Positions 20,209-29,818 of a stretch of DNA of 64,000 nucleotides are shown piece after piece. The notes under the pieces were generated by a model that was not told the origin of the DNA, searched no databases, and saw nothing but the letters and a program-made list of their open reading frames with translations. Position numbers and translations under genes: made by a program. This stretch comes from a virus: positions 16,180 through 80,179 of the IMG/VR virus record IMGVR_UViG_3300025655_000024; one strand, written 5' to 3'. The stretch's first letter is position 1. The number at the start of each line of letters is the position of its first letter.

Positions 20209-22857
20209 TCACACCCCATACCTGTCCTCAAACCACTGCACAACATCGTCATGCTCGGAGGTGCTTAGGTGCTTTGGATAGATAAGCACTTCATGGACAA
20301 TGAAGCCGTTTTGAGCCATATTGTCAATGGCGTTTGTTCCCGCACCGCTTGAAGTCATTTCACCAAACAATTCAATCCCACCCGTTTGTGCGGTAGTGTC
20401 ATCAAAAATGATAGCGGGCGTTGGATTCCAATAGGCATTGGATGTGTCGCTTGAAGCACCACGATTTGACCGCACAAGCATATCAATCGTCAATGATGCT
20501 GATTGCTTTGTCCTAACGGCAACCAAAACAGGTGTTCCTGCGGTTGGCGACGAACCATGAGTGACGAGAGGTGCAGTGTCGCTTTCGGCGGTCATTTGTG
20601 ATGAACCATTGTTCAAGCGGATAACAAGTCCGTCATTTGATTCGGAATGAATCAAGCCCAACGGGTCACTTCCGTATGCCGATGGTGTCACTACAAAATA
20701 GAATGAATGGTCGCCATTAGTCATGCTTGGCCCTCCTGAATAGAGAACACTTGGATGATCAGCACCAATCGCTTTTGAGGTGATTGATGCGTGATGGTTG
20801 ATTCTTGAAGTCCCCGTGTTTCCAAAACCGTTCACCCACGATGACCCCTTGTAATATGTCACGCCTGTTGGATAGTCGGGGATAATAACACCCGATTGGA
20901 TGGTTGGCGTTCCACCCGGCCACATATACGGGCCACTTGGGTTTTGAACGACTTCGGTGATGCTCACAGCGACCAAGCCTGAACGGTTGTTCGCACTCCC
21001 GCAATTCTCTTTCCAACGCCACCCGTTGCCCCACGAATAAAAGTGATAATTCGTTCCTGCACTCGTGGTTGGGCCACCTCGTGCTTTGTTTTTCCACCAA
21101 AATACAAATTCATCGTTGGTGACAACAGCCGTTGCGTCATCACGCAACAATTGGCTTTTGTCATTGGCATCAAGCCAAACCAACAAATCGTTGCCGTGGG
21201 GCGGTTCAATGTCAGCCTGTGTCCCCGAAACCGTATGCAATTTGTTTTTCATTTCATCAGTCAAACGAGCCTTGCGTGAAATCCAATAGGCATCGTTGCC
21301 CAAACCTGTGCGGTCTGTAAAGCGTTGATTTTGGCTAAATCGCGCACGAGTCATTTGTCCTTTGGGTCGGCTTCCCTGTTTGCCGGGATCAACCACCAAA
21401 TCACCGTTGCCGAGTGTGAACCAAACAGGCGTATTGTCCGAATGCTCAAACAAAAATCCCTGTGTGGTTGGTTCAGCCGTATCACCCGACAGCATGGTGG
21501 ATTGCACTACAACACAAGGGGGTCGGCCCAACGAATTGTTGCCCTGAAAGTCAATAGCAACGATACGCACACGCTCAATTGGATTTGCCATCGGGTCAAG
21601 GTTAATTCCGCCTTCGGGTGAATAAGGGGCGGTATCACTCTCACGATAATACGAGAATGGCGAAACACTCCCACCCGTCACAGGATTCGTGCCTGACGCA
21701 TTGACGATGGCGTTGAGGTTTGATACGGGGATGCCATCGGAGTGATAGGTGGCGTTGGTGATGGTTGATGAAATGTCCAACAGCCCACTATCCCACCATG
21801 ATTGAAACGGCAATTCATTGATTGGGACAGAAAGAATGTGCGATGCGAGCATTTCCAAAGCCGTAGCCCTGTCCTCAACGCCCGCAATAACGCTGTCAGG
21901 GAAGTCACGGATGCGAAAATATCCGTATTTGTAGCCACTCGCCAAGTTAAGCGGATGCCCACTCGCTGTGGTGACAGCACCACCCGGATCAATGTTCGTA
22001 AAATCGTAGCCAATGCACACCATCGGTATGGGCATCAATCCATCTGTGTGTTTGCCCACACCGTCTTTACCTTGATGCGGATGGGCGGGGTTCTTGTTGT
22101 TGAAGAAATACAATTGTGGTATGTCATCCTCATCCTCAAAATCCCAAAGCCCCACCGTGTCGGGCGTTGCTGTCAAGGGCTTCACGATTGGGTCAATTGC
22201 ACCCCTGCTTATTCGCACGCTTTCAATAACCCCCCGATATTCGCCTCCTTCACCACCAATGAACAAGTCGGATGAACCTGTTTTGATGAGCCGTTCATCA
22301 CCACCAAAGTCCTGTTCGGCAGCGAGGTTGCCGTTGATGAAAATTGACATTTTCTTTGAGGTGAATTGAGCATTGACATAAATCAATTCACGAGAGGGCA
22401 GTGCTAAATCGTGGGGCTTTGATTGCCCATCGGTATATGTCCCCCACGATACCTGTTCTGTTGGGACATTGAAATCGGTGCTGAGTCTTTCGCTCGTTGT
22501 CCGTGTTTCAACATCAAACACCACAGGTGCGGGTTGAAATGGCTCGCCCACCTTGAGTGTGAATGCGTTTGGTTTGTGAACAATCACCCCACCGTGATCG
22601 GGAATAACGAATGCCTCAATGGTGAATGCACCGATGAGGTTGTTGAGTCCGTTGTTTTCCATTGGGAAGTGCCGTCTGCCTATTTTCGGCTCATCGCTTT
22701 CATAGACCGACACTTTGTTGGTTGCCCCTGTCTTTTCACTATGGCTGTTTGGGAATAAATCAACACCGCTTTCACGGAATGCACCCGTAGGCACAACCAT
22801 CCCATCGGTATAGCCATTTAGCCTCACGGCTTTTGAATAGACCTTGTGGAGAGGCAT
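20209..22857 (-). CDS. Tail protein with N- and C-terminal LamG-like domains
   Basis: FTIEAFV..IFING..LFIGG..YRGVIESVRISR; LLVWLDAND..HEVLIYPKHLS. Likely start is ATG 22857. Confidence 0.75.
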   Translation of the reverse strand: MPLHKVYSKAVRLNGYTDGMVVPTGAFRESGVDLFPNSHSEKTGATNKVSVYESDEPKIGRRHFPMENNGLNNLIGAFTIEAFVIPDHGGVIVHKPNAFTLKVGEPFQPAPVVFDVETRTTSERLSTDFNVPTEQVSWGTYTDGQSKPHDLALPSRELIYVNAQFTSKKMSIFINGNLAAEQDFGGDERLIKTGSSDLFIGGEGGEYRGVIESVRISRGAIDPIVKPLTATPDTVGLWDFEDEDDIPQLYFFNNKNPAHPHQGKDGVGKHTDGLMPIPMVCIGYDFTNIDPGGAVTTASGHPLNLASGYKYGYFRIRDFPDSVIAGVEDRATALEMLASHILSVPINELPFQSWWDSGLLDISSTITNATYHSDGIPVSNLNAIVNASGTNPVTGGSVSPFSYYRESDTAPYSPEGGINLDPMANPIERVRIVAIDFQGNNSLGRPPCVVVQSTMLSGDTAEPTTQGFLFEHSDNTPVWFTLGNGDLVVDPGKQGSRPKGQMTRARFSQNQRFTDRTGLGNDAYWISRKARLTDEMKNKLHTVSGTQADIEPPHGNDLLVWLDANDKSQLLRDDATAVVTNDEFVFWWKNKARGGPTTSAGTNYHFYSWGNGWRWKENCGSANNRSGLVAVSITEVVQNPSGPYMWPGGTPTIQSGVIIPDYPTGVTYYKGSSWVNGFGNTGTSRINHHASITSKAIGADHPSVLYSGGPSMTNGDHSFYFVVTPSAYGSDPLGLIHSESNDGLVIRLNNGSSQMTAESDTAPLVTHGSSPTAGTPVLVAVRTKQSASLTIDMLVRSNRGASSDTSNAYWNPTPAIIFDDTTAQTGGIELFGEMTSSGAGTNAIDNMAQNGFIVHEVLIYPKHLSTSEHDDVVQWFEDRYGV

Positions 22858-22858
22858 A

Positions 22859-24115
22859 TCAAATCCCCAACAATTGTTCCGCTGCCGCAAATTCCAAGTC
22901 GTAATTCCAAACAGAATCGCCCGCTTCGTAGGTTGCCGTGAATTTTTGAACGACACCGCTGATGGCGACACCTTGACGAAGATACGGGTTGGGGCGAACA
23001 ATTTCCCCTGAAATGTTATCAACGGGGTCAAATGCACCCGTGTTTTTGACAGCCGAGAAGTCTGTTCCCGGCCCTGTCGGAATGACGAATTGACGCAATT
23101 CTCGTATATCCAAATTGGATGAAATCAGCGATTCGTATGGGATTCGCAAACCAACAATGTATTTCTTCACGGACTCCGCTTGATCAATGCGAAGCAATTT
23201 GCCCACATCAAACGAAGCGAGCGAATCAGGCATTTCAATCAAATCACCTGTAAATGACTGTGGGTTGATAAGGCCACCACCCGCTGATGCGTTCACGGTC
23301 ATGTTGAGCAAATCCTGCACCTTGTCACCCCGTGTCATGCGAACACCCGACACCCCATTAACAAACGAGGCGGATGAGAAGAAAGAGTGCGACCAATCAG
23401 CGTTCCCACTAACGACCAAATCACCCTGTTTCGTCAATGGCGTATTGCCGTCAGCACTCTTGATAATGTTGGTTAATGTCACCTTTTCCCCTGTCAAAGT
23501 GCCGACCCCTTGATGTGAACCACTGTTCACCTTATCGCCCGCACTTTGTGATATGGTGAAAATATCCGTGATGGCGGTTGTCACCGTATTGACTTTGACT
23601 GATGCACCGTTTAGTGCTGTGACAATCGCATCAGCGATTTCTTCTGTGTTGGCGAGGCTCGCAGGAACATAAACCGGGATGATGCTTTTCGTGGCAACCG
23701 TAGCCGAAGGCACACCCGTTTGATAAAACCGCAGGGTGATGTTCTCTCCCAAGGCAGCCGTCACTTGACCTGACGATTTGAAAACGAATTCTTTGCCATG
23801 CAACGCATCTGTGATGGCATTCATTGTGCTTCTTCCTTGAGCCTGTTGTTGCTTGAACCAAGAGTCGTAAAGCCCTGTGGCTCGTGATAAATCAAGGACA
23901 GCCGTAGCACCAACCGCACTTGATGCCACATTATCATCGGTGAGAATGCCTTTGATGCCAATGCTGAATCGGTTGTCATTCATGTCAAACGCTGCACGCA
24001 CACCTGCAATCGGAATGGGCCACACTTGAACACCACGAAGCACATCAAAGGCAACGGAGGTGGCTTCTAATTCAATGATTTTACCGTCACGCCTAATCAA
24101 TTGAATCATTGGCAT
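22859..24115 (-). CDS. Distal tail (Dit-like) protein
   Basis: Directly after the tape measure gene. C-terminal ISGVVQKFTATYEAG..WNYDLEF. Confidence 0.55.
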   Translation of the reverse strand: MPMIQLIRRDGKIIELEATSVAFDVLRGVQVWPIPIAGVRAAFDMNDNRFSIGIKGILTDDNVASSAVGATAVLDLSRATGLYDSWFKQQQAQGRSTMNAITDALHGKEFVFKSSGQVTAALGENITLRFYQTGVPSATVATKSIIPVYVPASLANTEEIADAIVTALNGASVKVNTVTTAITDIFTISQSAGDKVNSGSHQGVGTLTGEKVTLTNIIKSADGNTPLTKQGDLVVSGNADWSHSFFSSASFVNGVSGVRMTRGDKVQDLLNMTVNASAGGGLINPQSFTGDLIEMPDSLASFDVGKLLRIDQAESVKKYIVGLRIPYESLISSNLDIRELRQFVIPTGPGTDFSAVKNTGAFDPVDNISGEIVRPNPYLRQGVAISGVVQKFTATYEAGDSVWNYDLEFAAAEQLLGI

Positions 24116-24117
24116 AA

Positions 24118-25695
24118 TCAAACACCCCTGCTAAATCCACCACTACGGCTTCGGCTTCTAAACGCCTTTGATACCTCATCACTTATGGCTCTCGCCAATT
24201 TTTGAGGATCGCCACTCGCACCATTGACGGTGATATTGACATTGTTCGTGCCTCCACCACCACCCATGCCTTCAATGGTGACAGGGATTGAACGCCCATC
24301 AGGGAGAGGCACAACGGCTTCTGTTCCGTGTAGGGCTACGGGATAGCCTGATGTCGGCCCTTTGACGACACCGCCATCGGAGAAGCCAAGCAAACCGCCA
24401 ACAGCACCACCGATGCCACTCGCAACACTGCTGATGCCACCGACCACAACATCAATGGCATCAATGATTGGTTGAAGATAGTCCATGATGGCTTCAACAA
24501 TGTTTGCGAAATGTCCTTTGATGCCTTCCCAAACGCCTTTCCATGTGTCACCTATGGACTTGAAAATTTTCGCTGCGCCATCCAAATCCCCTCGCAAAAG
24601 AGCCAATGCAGCACGAATAACCTTGATGACGGTGTTCACCACGCCCATGACAACACCAAGAATGATACCCCACCACGAAATCACCATTTTCGCATATGGT
24701 GCGATGAAGGGCCATAGCACTTGGATAATTTTCATCACTACGGCAATAATCACGCCCGTCACAACAATGATGGTTGAAACAATTTCAAACACAAGTGCGA
24801 TGATGTTTCCTATGAATTCAAAAATCCCCGAATTCTGCAACCAATCCACCAAGAATTGCCACAAATCACGGATGCTTTGAAAGAAATCGCTGATTGCTGA
24901 ATCCCCAAATAGTGCGGTGATAAAACCCCATAGTGTTCCAAGTGCCGTAAAAATAGATGAAATGCCATCAATGACGGTTTGAATTGCACCTGATTCAGCC
25001 AAAGCCGTGTAAAGCGATGTCACGAGTGTCACGCTCGTCAATACGCCTTCGGATATGATGGTGAATAGGATGCCCAATGTTGTCATTATCCCGCCAAAAA
25101 TTTCCTCAGCATTGAAGGGAATAGAAACGCTCGTAGTCAGCGTTTCCCATAGAGCCAACAATTCGTCAATGATTTTCTGTCCGTTTTCAAACACAGGTGC
25201 AAACAAGCCCCCTCCGCCTTCACCACTCAACACACCCTTTAGGACATCAACAGCGGTTTGGATAGCACCAAATACGGTGCTGATGATCGGCATTTCCTCC
25301 AACCAAGCACGAAGTGAACCGCCTCCTTGATCCAACGCAGCGGTAAAGAGCATCATCACCCCAAGAATCGCCATCACCATGCCGACAATGGGAAAAATCG
25401 CCATCGTTAAGCCCTTGAATAATCCAAGAACCATTGTCAGCGGTATAGCCAAACCCTTGAGGGATTTGGTGAGAATACCTCCCGTTTTCGTTTGTTGCTT
25501 AAACGAACCTGTCACGCTATCCGTCGCCATTTGGACTTTGGTGTAGGTTTTGTAAATCGGCCCTAAAGTCTTGAGAAGCATTTGGTGTTGATTGGGCAAA
25601 CGGATGATTTGGTCTTGGTATTTGTTGAGGGTTTGAATGACATCAAGAAGGGCAGCATCCATGCCCATGATTTGCTTGTTTCCCCCCGCCATCAC
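24118..25695 (-). CDS. Tail tape measure protein
   Basis: Long amphipathic/hydrophobic helices with periodic W/F. C-terminal FSDGGVV..LHGTEAVVPL. Follows the chaperone pair. Confidence 0.85.
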   Translation of the reverse strand: MMAGGNKQIMGMDAALLDVIQTLNKYQDQIIRLPNQHQMLLKTLGPIYKTYTKVQMATDSVTGSFKQQTKTGGILTKSLKGLAIPLTMVLGLFKGLTMAIFPIVGMVMAILGVMMLFTAALDQGGGSLRAWLEEMPIISTVFGAIQTAVDVLKGVLSGEGGGGLFAPVFENGQKIIDELLALWETLTTSVSIPFNAEEIFGGIMTTLGILFTIISEGVLTSVTLVTSLYTALAESGAIQTVIDGISSIFTALGTLWGFITALFGDSAISDFFQSIRDLWQFLVDWLQNSGIFEFIGNIIALVFEIVSTIIVVTGVIIAVVMKIIQVLWPFIAPYAKMVISWWGIILGVVMGVVNTVIKVIRAALALLRGDLDGAAKIFKSIGDTWKGVWEGIKGHFANIVEAIMDYLQPIIDAIDVVVGGISSVASGIGGAVGGLLGFSDGGVVKGPTSGYPVALHGTEAVVPLPDGRSIPVTIEGMGGGGGTNNVNITVNGASGDPQKLARAISDEVSKAFRSRSRSGGFSRGV

Positions 25696-26027
25696 TTCAT
25701 CCCCGCATTCATCCGTTCAAAGAAGTCTATGTCGCTTGTGGTCTTGACAGACCTCCCCTTCGTTTGACCCACAGCGTTCTCACGCTTCAATTTGTCCATT
25801 TCTTTTGCCTCTATTTCCTTGAATGCGACCATCGTGTAATAGTCCAAAATCACACGCTCAGGAGGCAACCCATCCCATTGATGAGGCGAGCAATTGAAGA
25901 AGCGACCCAAAAAGAAAACGGGCATTTGGTTAATCAACACAGGCAATTTGTGCTGAGATACAGGGATTTCACCCTCTCCGTTCCATGTTGTAAAGGCACG
26001 AACATCGTCAAGGGTTATTCCAAAGGG
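25692..26027 (-). CDS. Frameshifted C-terminal extension of the tail assembly chaperone (gpGT-like)
   Basis: The -1 frame is open from the slippery site C_CCT_TTG (26021-26027) to the stop at 25692. Confidence 0.75.
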   Translation of the reverse strand, partial: PFGITLDDVRAFTTWNGEGEIPVSQHKLPVLINQMPVFFLGRFFNCSPHQWDGLPPERVILDYYTMVAFKEIEAKEMDKLKRENAVGQTKGRSVKTTSDIDFFERMNAGMK

Positions 26028-26377
26028 CCTGATGGGTTGCTCATGCTTTCGGTGAGTGAATCAAACGAAGGCAGGATTTTCGCCAATTCTTGACCGACTT
26101 CAGGTCGGATGTTGAGCAATTGGCTCTTTGACAATTCGGGTTCAGTCCTCTCAATGCAATTCACGAGCAAGAATTTCCAAAAACCACCGAAATCAATGCT
26201 TGGCTGAGGCGTGCCATCCTCGCCCTGCTTCAATGAAACGAATTTAGTGAGAGCGTTTTGCCTGTCAATCCACGACAGATCCTTAACCCATACGGTCATT
26301 TCACCGAATGGGGTGTCAATCGTGTGTTCTGTTGCGTCTGTTGATGCGACCAAATCATTGGGGTTGGCTTTCTTCAT
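26015..26377 (-). CDS. Tail assembly chaperone (gpG-like)
   Basis: Between tail tube and tape measure genes. GGTGA SD, ATG 26377. Ends ...GPLE* over a slippery heptamer. Confidence 0.8.
   Translation of the reverse strand: MKKANPNDLVASTDATEHTIDTPFGEMTVWVKDLSWIDRQNALTKFVSLKQGEDGTPQPSIDFGGFWKFLLVNCIERTEPELSKSQLLNIRPEVGQELAKILPSFDSLTESMSNPSGPLE
26021..26027 (-). other. -1 programmed frameshift slippery site CCCTTTG
   Basis: X_XXY_YYZ heptamer one codon before the chaperone stop, joining it to the downstream ORF. Confidence 0.75.
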
Positions 26378-26720
26378 CTGTTTCACCTTCACTGACGGCT
26401 TCGGCTTCACCGCTATCGTCAGCCTCAAGGCGAGCGATTAACTCAGCCTTCGTGCCTGTGGTTGAAAGCCCACGCTGACTACAAAGTGTCATCAATTCAG
26501 TCTTGTTCATTGACTCGTAGTCGGTGGGTGTTTCTTCAACAGGTGCGGGCGTGGATAGTGGTTCGGGGACAGGTGGTGCGGGAGGGGTGATATTCACCGT
26601 TGCCTCCACATTTGACGGGGACAAATTCCCTGCGCTGACAATCACACCATCAGGCATGACAGTCCAATCAAGAGAAGTCTTTCGCCCGTCAATAATCACA
26701 TACCCTGTTAGCCTTACCAT
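26355..26720 (-). CDS. SAP-domain protein
   Basis: YESMNKTELMTLCSQRGLSTTGTKAELIARL after a Pro-rich linker. Confidence 0.8.
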   Translation of the reverse strand: MVRLTGYVIIDGRKTSLDWTVMPDGVIVSAGNLSPSNVEATVNITPPAPPVPEPLSTPAPVEETPTDYESMNKTELMTLCSQRGLSTTGTKAELIARLEADDSGEAEAVSEGETDEESQPQ

Positions 26721-26744
26721 CTGTATCAACCCTCACATTTGTCG

Positions 26745-26757
26745 CATATAATCCTTT
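26745..26757 (-). promoter_or_regulatory. Putative BRE/TATA promoter
   Basis: AAAAGGATTATATG in a short intergenic gap about 25 nt upstream of ATG 26720. Confidence 0.5.
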
Positions 26758-28935
26758 TCACAGAATTGGATATGGATTTGTTTCTTCCACTTTAAGATGT
26801 CGCACCGCCAATTCCACATTTGCTGTGACCGGGCCTTTGTCATCAGGGATGGGCATTTCAGCCTTCAATACCGTGTAGTCCTCAATCGTAATGGTCGCTC
26901 TTTGACGGTTGCTTGCCGAACCCGGTTTGCTCAACACAATCGTAATGTCGTTGGTGTTCAAGAAGTGCTTTCGCTGTCGCAATTGCTCAAAGAAGCGATT
27001 GTCCTCCACCAATGCGTTGAATTTGAAGGTGTATTCTCGCTGTGCTTCGGTGATTTCAGTGGCGTAATTGACCGCTGCCTCCGACACTTGATCGGTGGAT
27101 GCGTATGTGCCGTCTGTTCCACGAATGTAATAGCGAGCCGTGTTGGTGTTGTTCACGCTGAATTCCAATTGCGTAGCACGAACCACAGGTGCGCCAAAGG
27201 CACTGAAAATAATGTGTTGAAACAAATATGGCTTCTCACCGTTCACGGCAATACCCGACACCCTTCGCTTGATATTGGTGTTGGCGGTGTTCTCAAACAG
27301 TCGGTGAGGCGTGACAAAGCGTGACTCCGTGTCGGTGAACATACGAGTGGCTTCGTATTCCCCATTCAATTTGACTTCGCCTTCGGTGTCAGCCGAACAG
27401 GTCACGCTGTTCACCTTGCATCCTGAGAACACACGCAATAGGTGTTCCGAGCCGGGTGTAGCATCGCTCTTTCGGAATGATTGCTCAATGGCGAAGGTTG
27501 GGACACTGCTGTTTCCATAGAAGGTGTGAGTGATGCCGTATCGCAATTCATTGGTGGTATCAAGGATAGCGGGGCTTCCTCTTCGTGTTGCGCCTTGTGT
27601 TGAATCGTAGGTGAAAATGATGCGGTCAATTCCACAGGATGTAGCGGTGTGGGTGAGGCAAAATGGTTCTTCAACATATACATATGCACCGTCAATAGCG
27701 ATGACCCTGCGGATTTCATGCTTGTTGATGGTGGGCAATTCATCATCAGCACCGGGAATTTGAATGGTGTCTTTGTCCACGATTTGAATGTATTCGCCCA
27801 CGCTGAATCGCCCTGCAATCGTTGATCCGACATTCACACGAATGTCACCGTGTGCGATGTCGGCCTCCAATTTAGCGAGAAGATAAACAGCCACGCCCGC
27901 TGTTTGAAGGCGGGTTGTAGCACCACTTGTAATGTCGGCAACGGTAATGTTTGTTGTTGAAGCACTGCTATATGACCCATAAAGCATAGCCGTTCCATCG
28001 GCTGAGAGGGTTTTGAACACGCCCGAAGTGCCAACATTTTCATGCCCCGCATCATAATTTGCGGCGAGCGTAATCACAGCACCAACATTTGAAGCGGTTT
28101 TTGCCCCAAGCAAAAAGTCACTGTTTGTTTCAATGTTTGAGCCAAGACCCGTTGCTGTTGTTCCTGACACTTGGGTAATGTCGTCAGCGTTTGCACTGCC
28201 GTATTGTTGTCCACGATATGTGGTTGTTGCGTCTTTGATGTTTAAGGGTGCATCCGTCAAAATAGTGGTGCTTGTGGTTCTGTGAGCCAATTCGCCCCAA
28301 CCAAGAGCCGTGTGTCCACCAAGCCCGTAGCGTAGCCAACGCAGGTTGTGGGCGTTTGTGTCAAACGACCCACCTTGAAGCATCTCACGACCACTCGTTA
28401 GGATGTTCACATCACGACCCATGCCGACAATGTGTTGCTTTCGCACATCCACTTCGGGTTCAGGGAGAGCGAATGAATTGAGCAAACCCAAGAATTGATC
28501 TGCCTTAATTCTGTCATCGGGCGTAGCATAGGTCATTTCAGCATCCATTGTCGGAATGCGTGCCGAATCAATAATGAAATAATCACCCGTGTTTGCGGTG
28601 GTGGCGGCGGTGGCGAGTCGTGGTGAAATGGTGATGGTGGTGTCGGTGTTTGCTGTGATGTAATACGACCTGCGGGTTGAAGCAAAATCATCAGCAGTTA
28701 AGGCGTTTGAACCGCCCGATGAATAAATGCGAAGGGTTGCACCCACAAGCATATTCTTGGGGACTTCTTGATACCAATAGACATTTGACCCAATCGTAAT
28801 GACACTTGAATTGTCGGTTGAGCCGTTTGCGGTAGCCCATCCCGTTGAAGCATTGTCGCCTTGTCCAAAGAAACCTGTTTCCTTAGCCATTGACACCTCA
28901 ACCAAATCACCCTTATACACTTGATTTACTGCCAT
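26758..28935 (-). CDS. Major tail tube protein with inserted domains (725 aa)
   Basis: PTFAIEQSF..RVFSGCKVNSVTCSAD..GEVKL resembles tail tube proteins. No sheath gene nearby. Confidence 0.75.
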   Translation of the reverse strand: MAVNQVYKGDLVEVSMAKETGFFGQGDNASTGWATANGSTDNSSVITIGSNVYWYQEVPKNMLVGATLRIYSSGGSNALTADDFASTRRSYYITANTDTTITISPRLATAATTANTGDYFIIDSARIPTMDAEMTYATPDDRIKADQFLGLLNSFALPEPEVDVRKQHIVGMGRDVNILTSGREMLQGGSFDTNAHNLRWLRYGLGGHTALGWGELAHRTTSTTILTDAPLNIKDATTTYRGQQYGSANADDITQVSGTTATGLGSNIETNSDFLLGAKTASNVGAVITLAANYDAGHENVGTSGVFKTLSADGTAMLYGSYSSASTTNITVADITSGATTRLQTAGVAVYLLAKLEADIAHGDIRVNVGSTIAGRFSVGEYIQIVDKDTIQIPGADDELPTINKHEIRRVIAIDGAYVYVEEPFCLTHTATSCGIDRIIFTYDSTQGATRRGSPAILDTTNELRYGITHTFYGNSSVPTFAIEQSFRKSDATPGSEHLLRVFSGCKVNSVTCSADTEGEVKLNGEYEATRMFTDTESRFVTPHRLFENTANTNIKRRVSGIAVNGEKPYLFQHIIFSAFGAPVVRATQLEFSVNNTNTARYYIRGTDGTYASTDQVSEAAVNYATEITEAQREYTFKFNALVEDNRFFEQLRQRKHFLNTNDITIVLSKPGSASNRQRATITIEDYTVLKAEMPIPDDKGPVTANVELAVRHLKVEETNPYPIL

Positions 28936-28941
28936 TTTTCA

Positions 28942-29376
28942 TCACGCTACTGTCGGTAAGGCTTGGGCGAAGGTGACGACCTCCGCTTGCATTGTGTAGC
29001 GAAACATCCGTTTGCTACGATCTGACAAGTCTGTTCTTGTCTTGAAAATGAGTCGGTCAAAATTAACCCCATCGCCTTTGCGATTTGCGTGAAGAATCCT
29101 CCGCACTTCTTCACGAAGGGCTGACAAACGCTCACGGCTTTTCACGGTGCGAATGTCAATGGTGAGGTTAATGTGTTCATTGACAAAATCAAAGAACAAT
29201 TCAGGTTGGGCTTCGTTGTGAGCCGTTTCAAAAATACGGATAATGTCGTGGTCTTGAAGGCGTGTCCTTTTGCCTTCGCCAACATCCACATTGGCAATAT
29301 CCAAAATGGATGGCTTAGGCGACACATTCCAATTGCGGTCAAGCAACGAAACCACCGTAGCAATTGCGTCACTCAC
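28942..29376 (-). CDS. Putative tail terminator
   Basis: 144 aa just upstream of the tube gene; LTIDIRT..EEVRRIL..FRYTMQAEV pattern. Confidence 0.6.
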   Translation of the reverse strand: MSDAIATVVSLLDRNWNVSPKPSILDIANVDVGEGKRTRLQDHDIIRIFETAHNEAQPELFFDFVNEHINLTIDIRTVKSRERLSALREEVRRILHANRKGDGVNFDRLIFKTRTDLSDRSKRMFRYTMQAEVVTFAQALPTVA

Positions 29377-29641
29377 CCCTCATCGCCTCCGTGAATCGTG
29401 CTAAAGCACTCGCCCTATTTGAAGCGAATGGGTTAGACTCCTTATGCGTTTGCATGATTTTAGCCAAATCCTCATCGGATAACTCAATCCCATCCTCTTG
29501 GTATGTCCTTTTTTCATATTCAACCATGCGTTCAAGGTATGCTTCGCCATTCTCCGCTTCATCCATCAATGCACGCTGCAATTCCTTGCTTGCTTTGTGC
29601 ATTTGCTGAAACATTTTGATGACTCCTTCCAAGCACCTCAC
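29369..29641 (-). CDS. Hypothetical protein (neck region)
   Basis: Coupled 90-aa helical ORF. Confidence 0.5.
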   Translation of the reverse strand: MRCLEGVIKMFQQMHKASKELQRALMDEAENGEAYLERMVEYEKRTYQEDGIELSDEDLAKIMQTHKESNPFASNRASALARFTEAMRGE

Positions 29642-29814
29642 TCCTTCATCGCATTCATTCCTGCATCCGTTGCCTTCGCTTTGACATTACAAGTGCCACA
29701 CAGGTCACGACCCGATGTGTTGCTCTCAATCCTTCCGTATTTGCCACAGTCAGCACAATGATCAATGATTCTTCCTTTTGGTGTCACTTGTCGTTGTGGT
29801 GCTTTTTCAATCAT
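29638..29814 (-). CDS. Small Zn-finger protein
   Basis: CADCG..LCGTC; GGAGG SD before ATG 29814. Confidence 0.5.
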   Translation of the reverse strand: MIEKAPQRQVTPKGRIIDHCADCGKYGRIESNTSGRDLCGTCNVKAKATDAGMNAMKE

Positions 29815-29818
29815 GTTA

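Noticed and set aside
22858-23037. N-terminal extensions in the ORF track (also 26378-26428, 57806-57898, 63111-63212)
   Set aside because: They overlap neighbouring genes or promoters; downstream ATGs fit the SD or spacing better.
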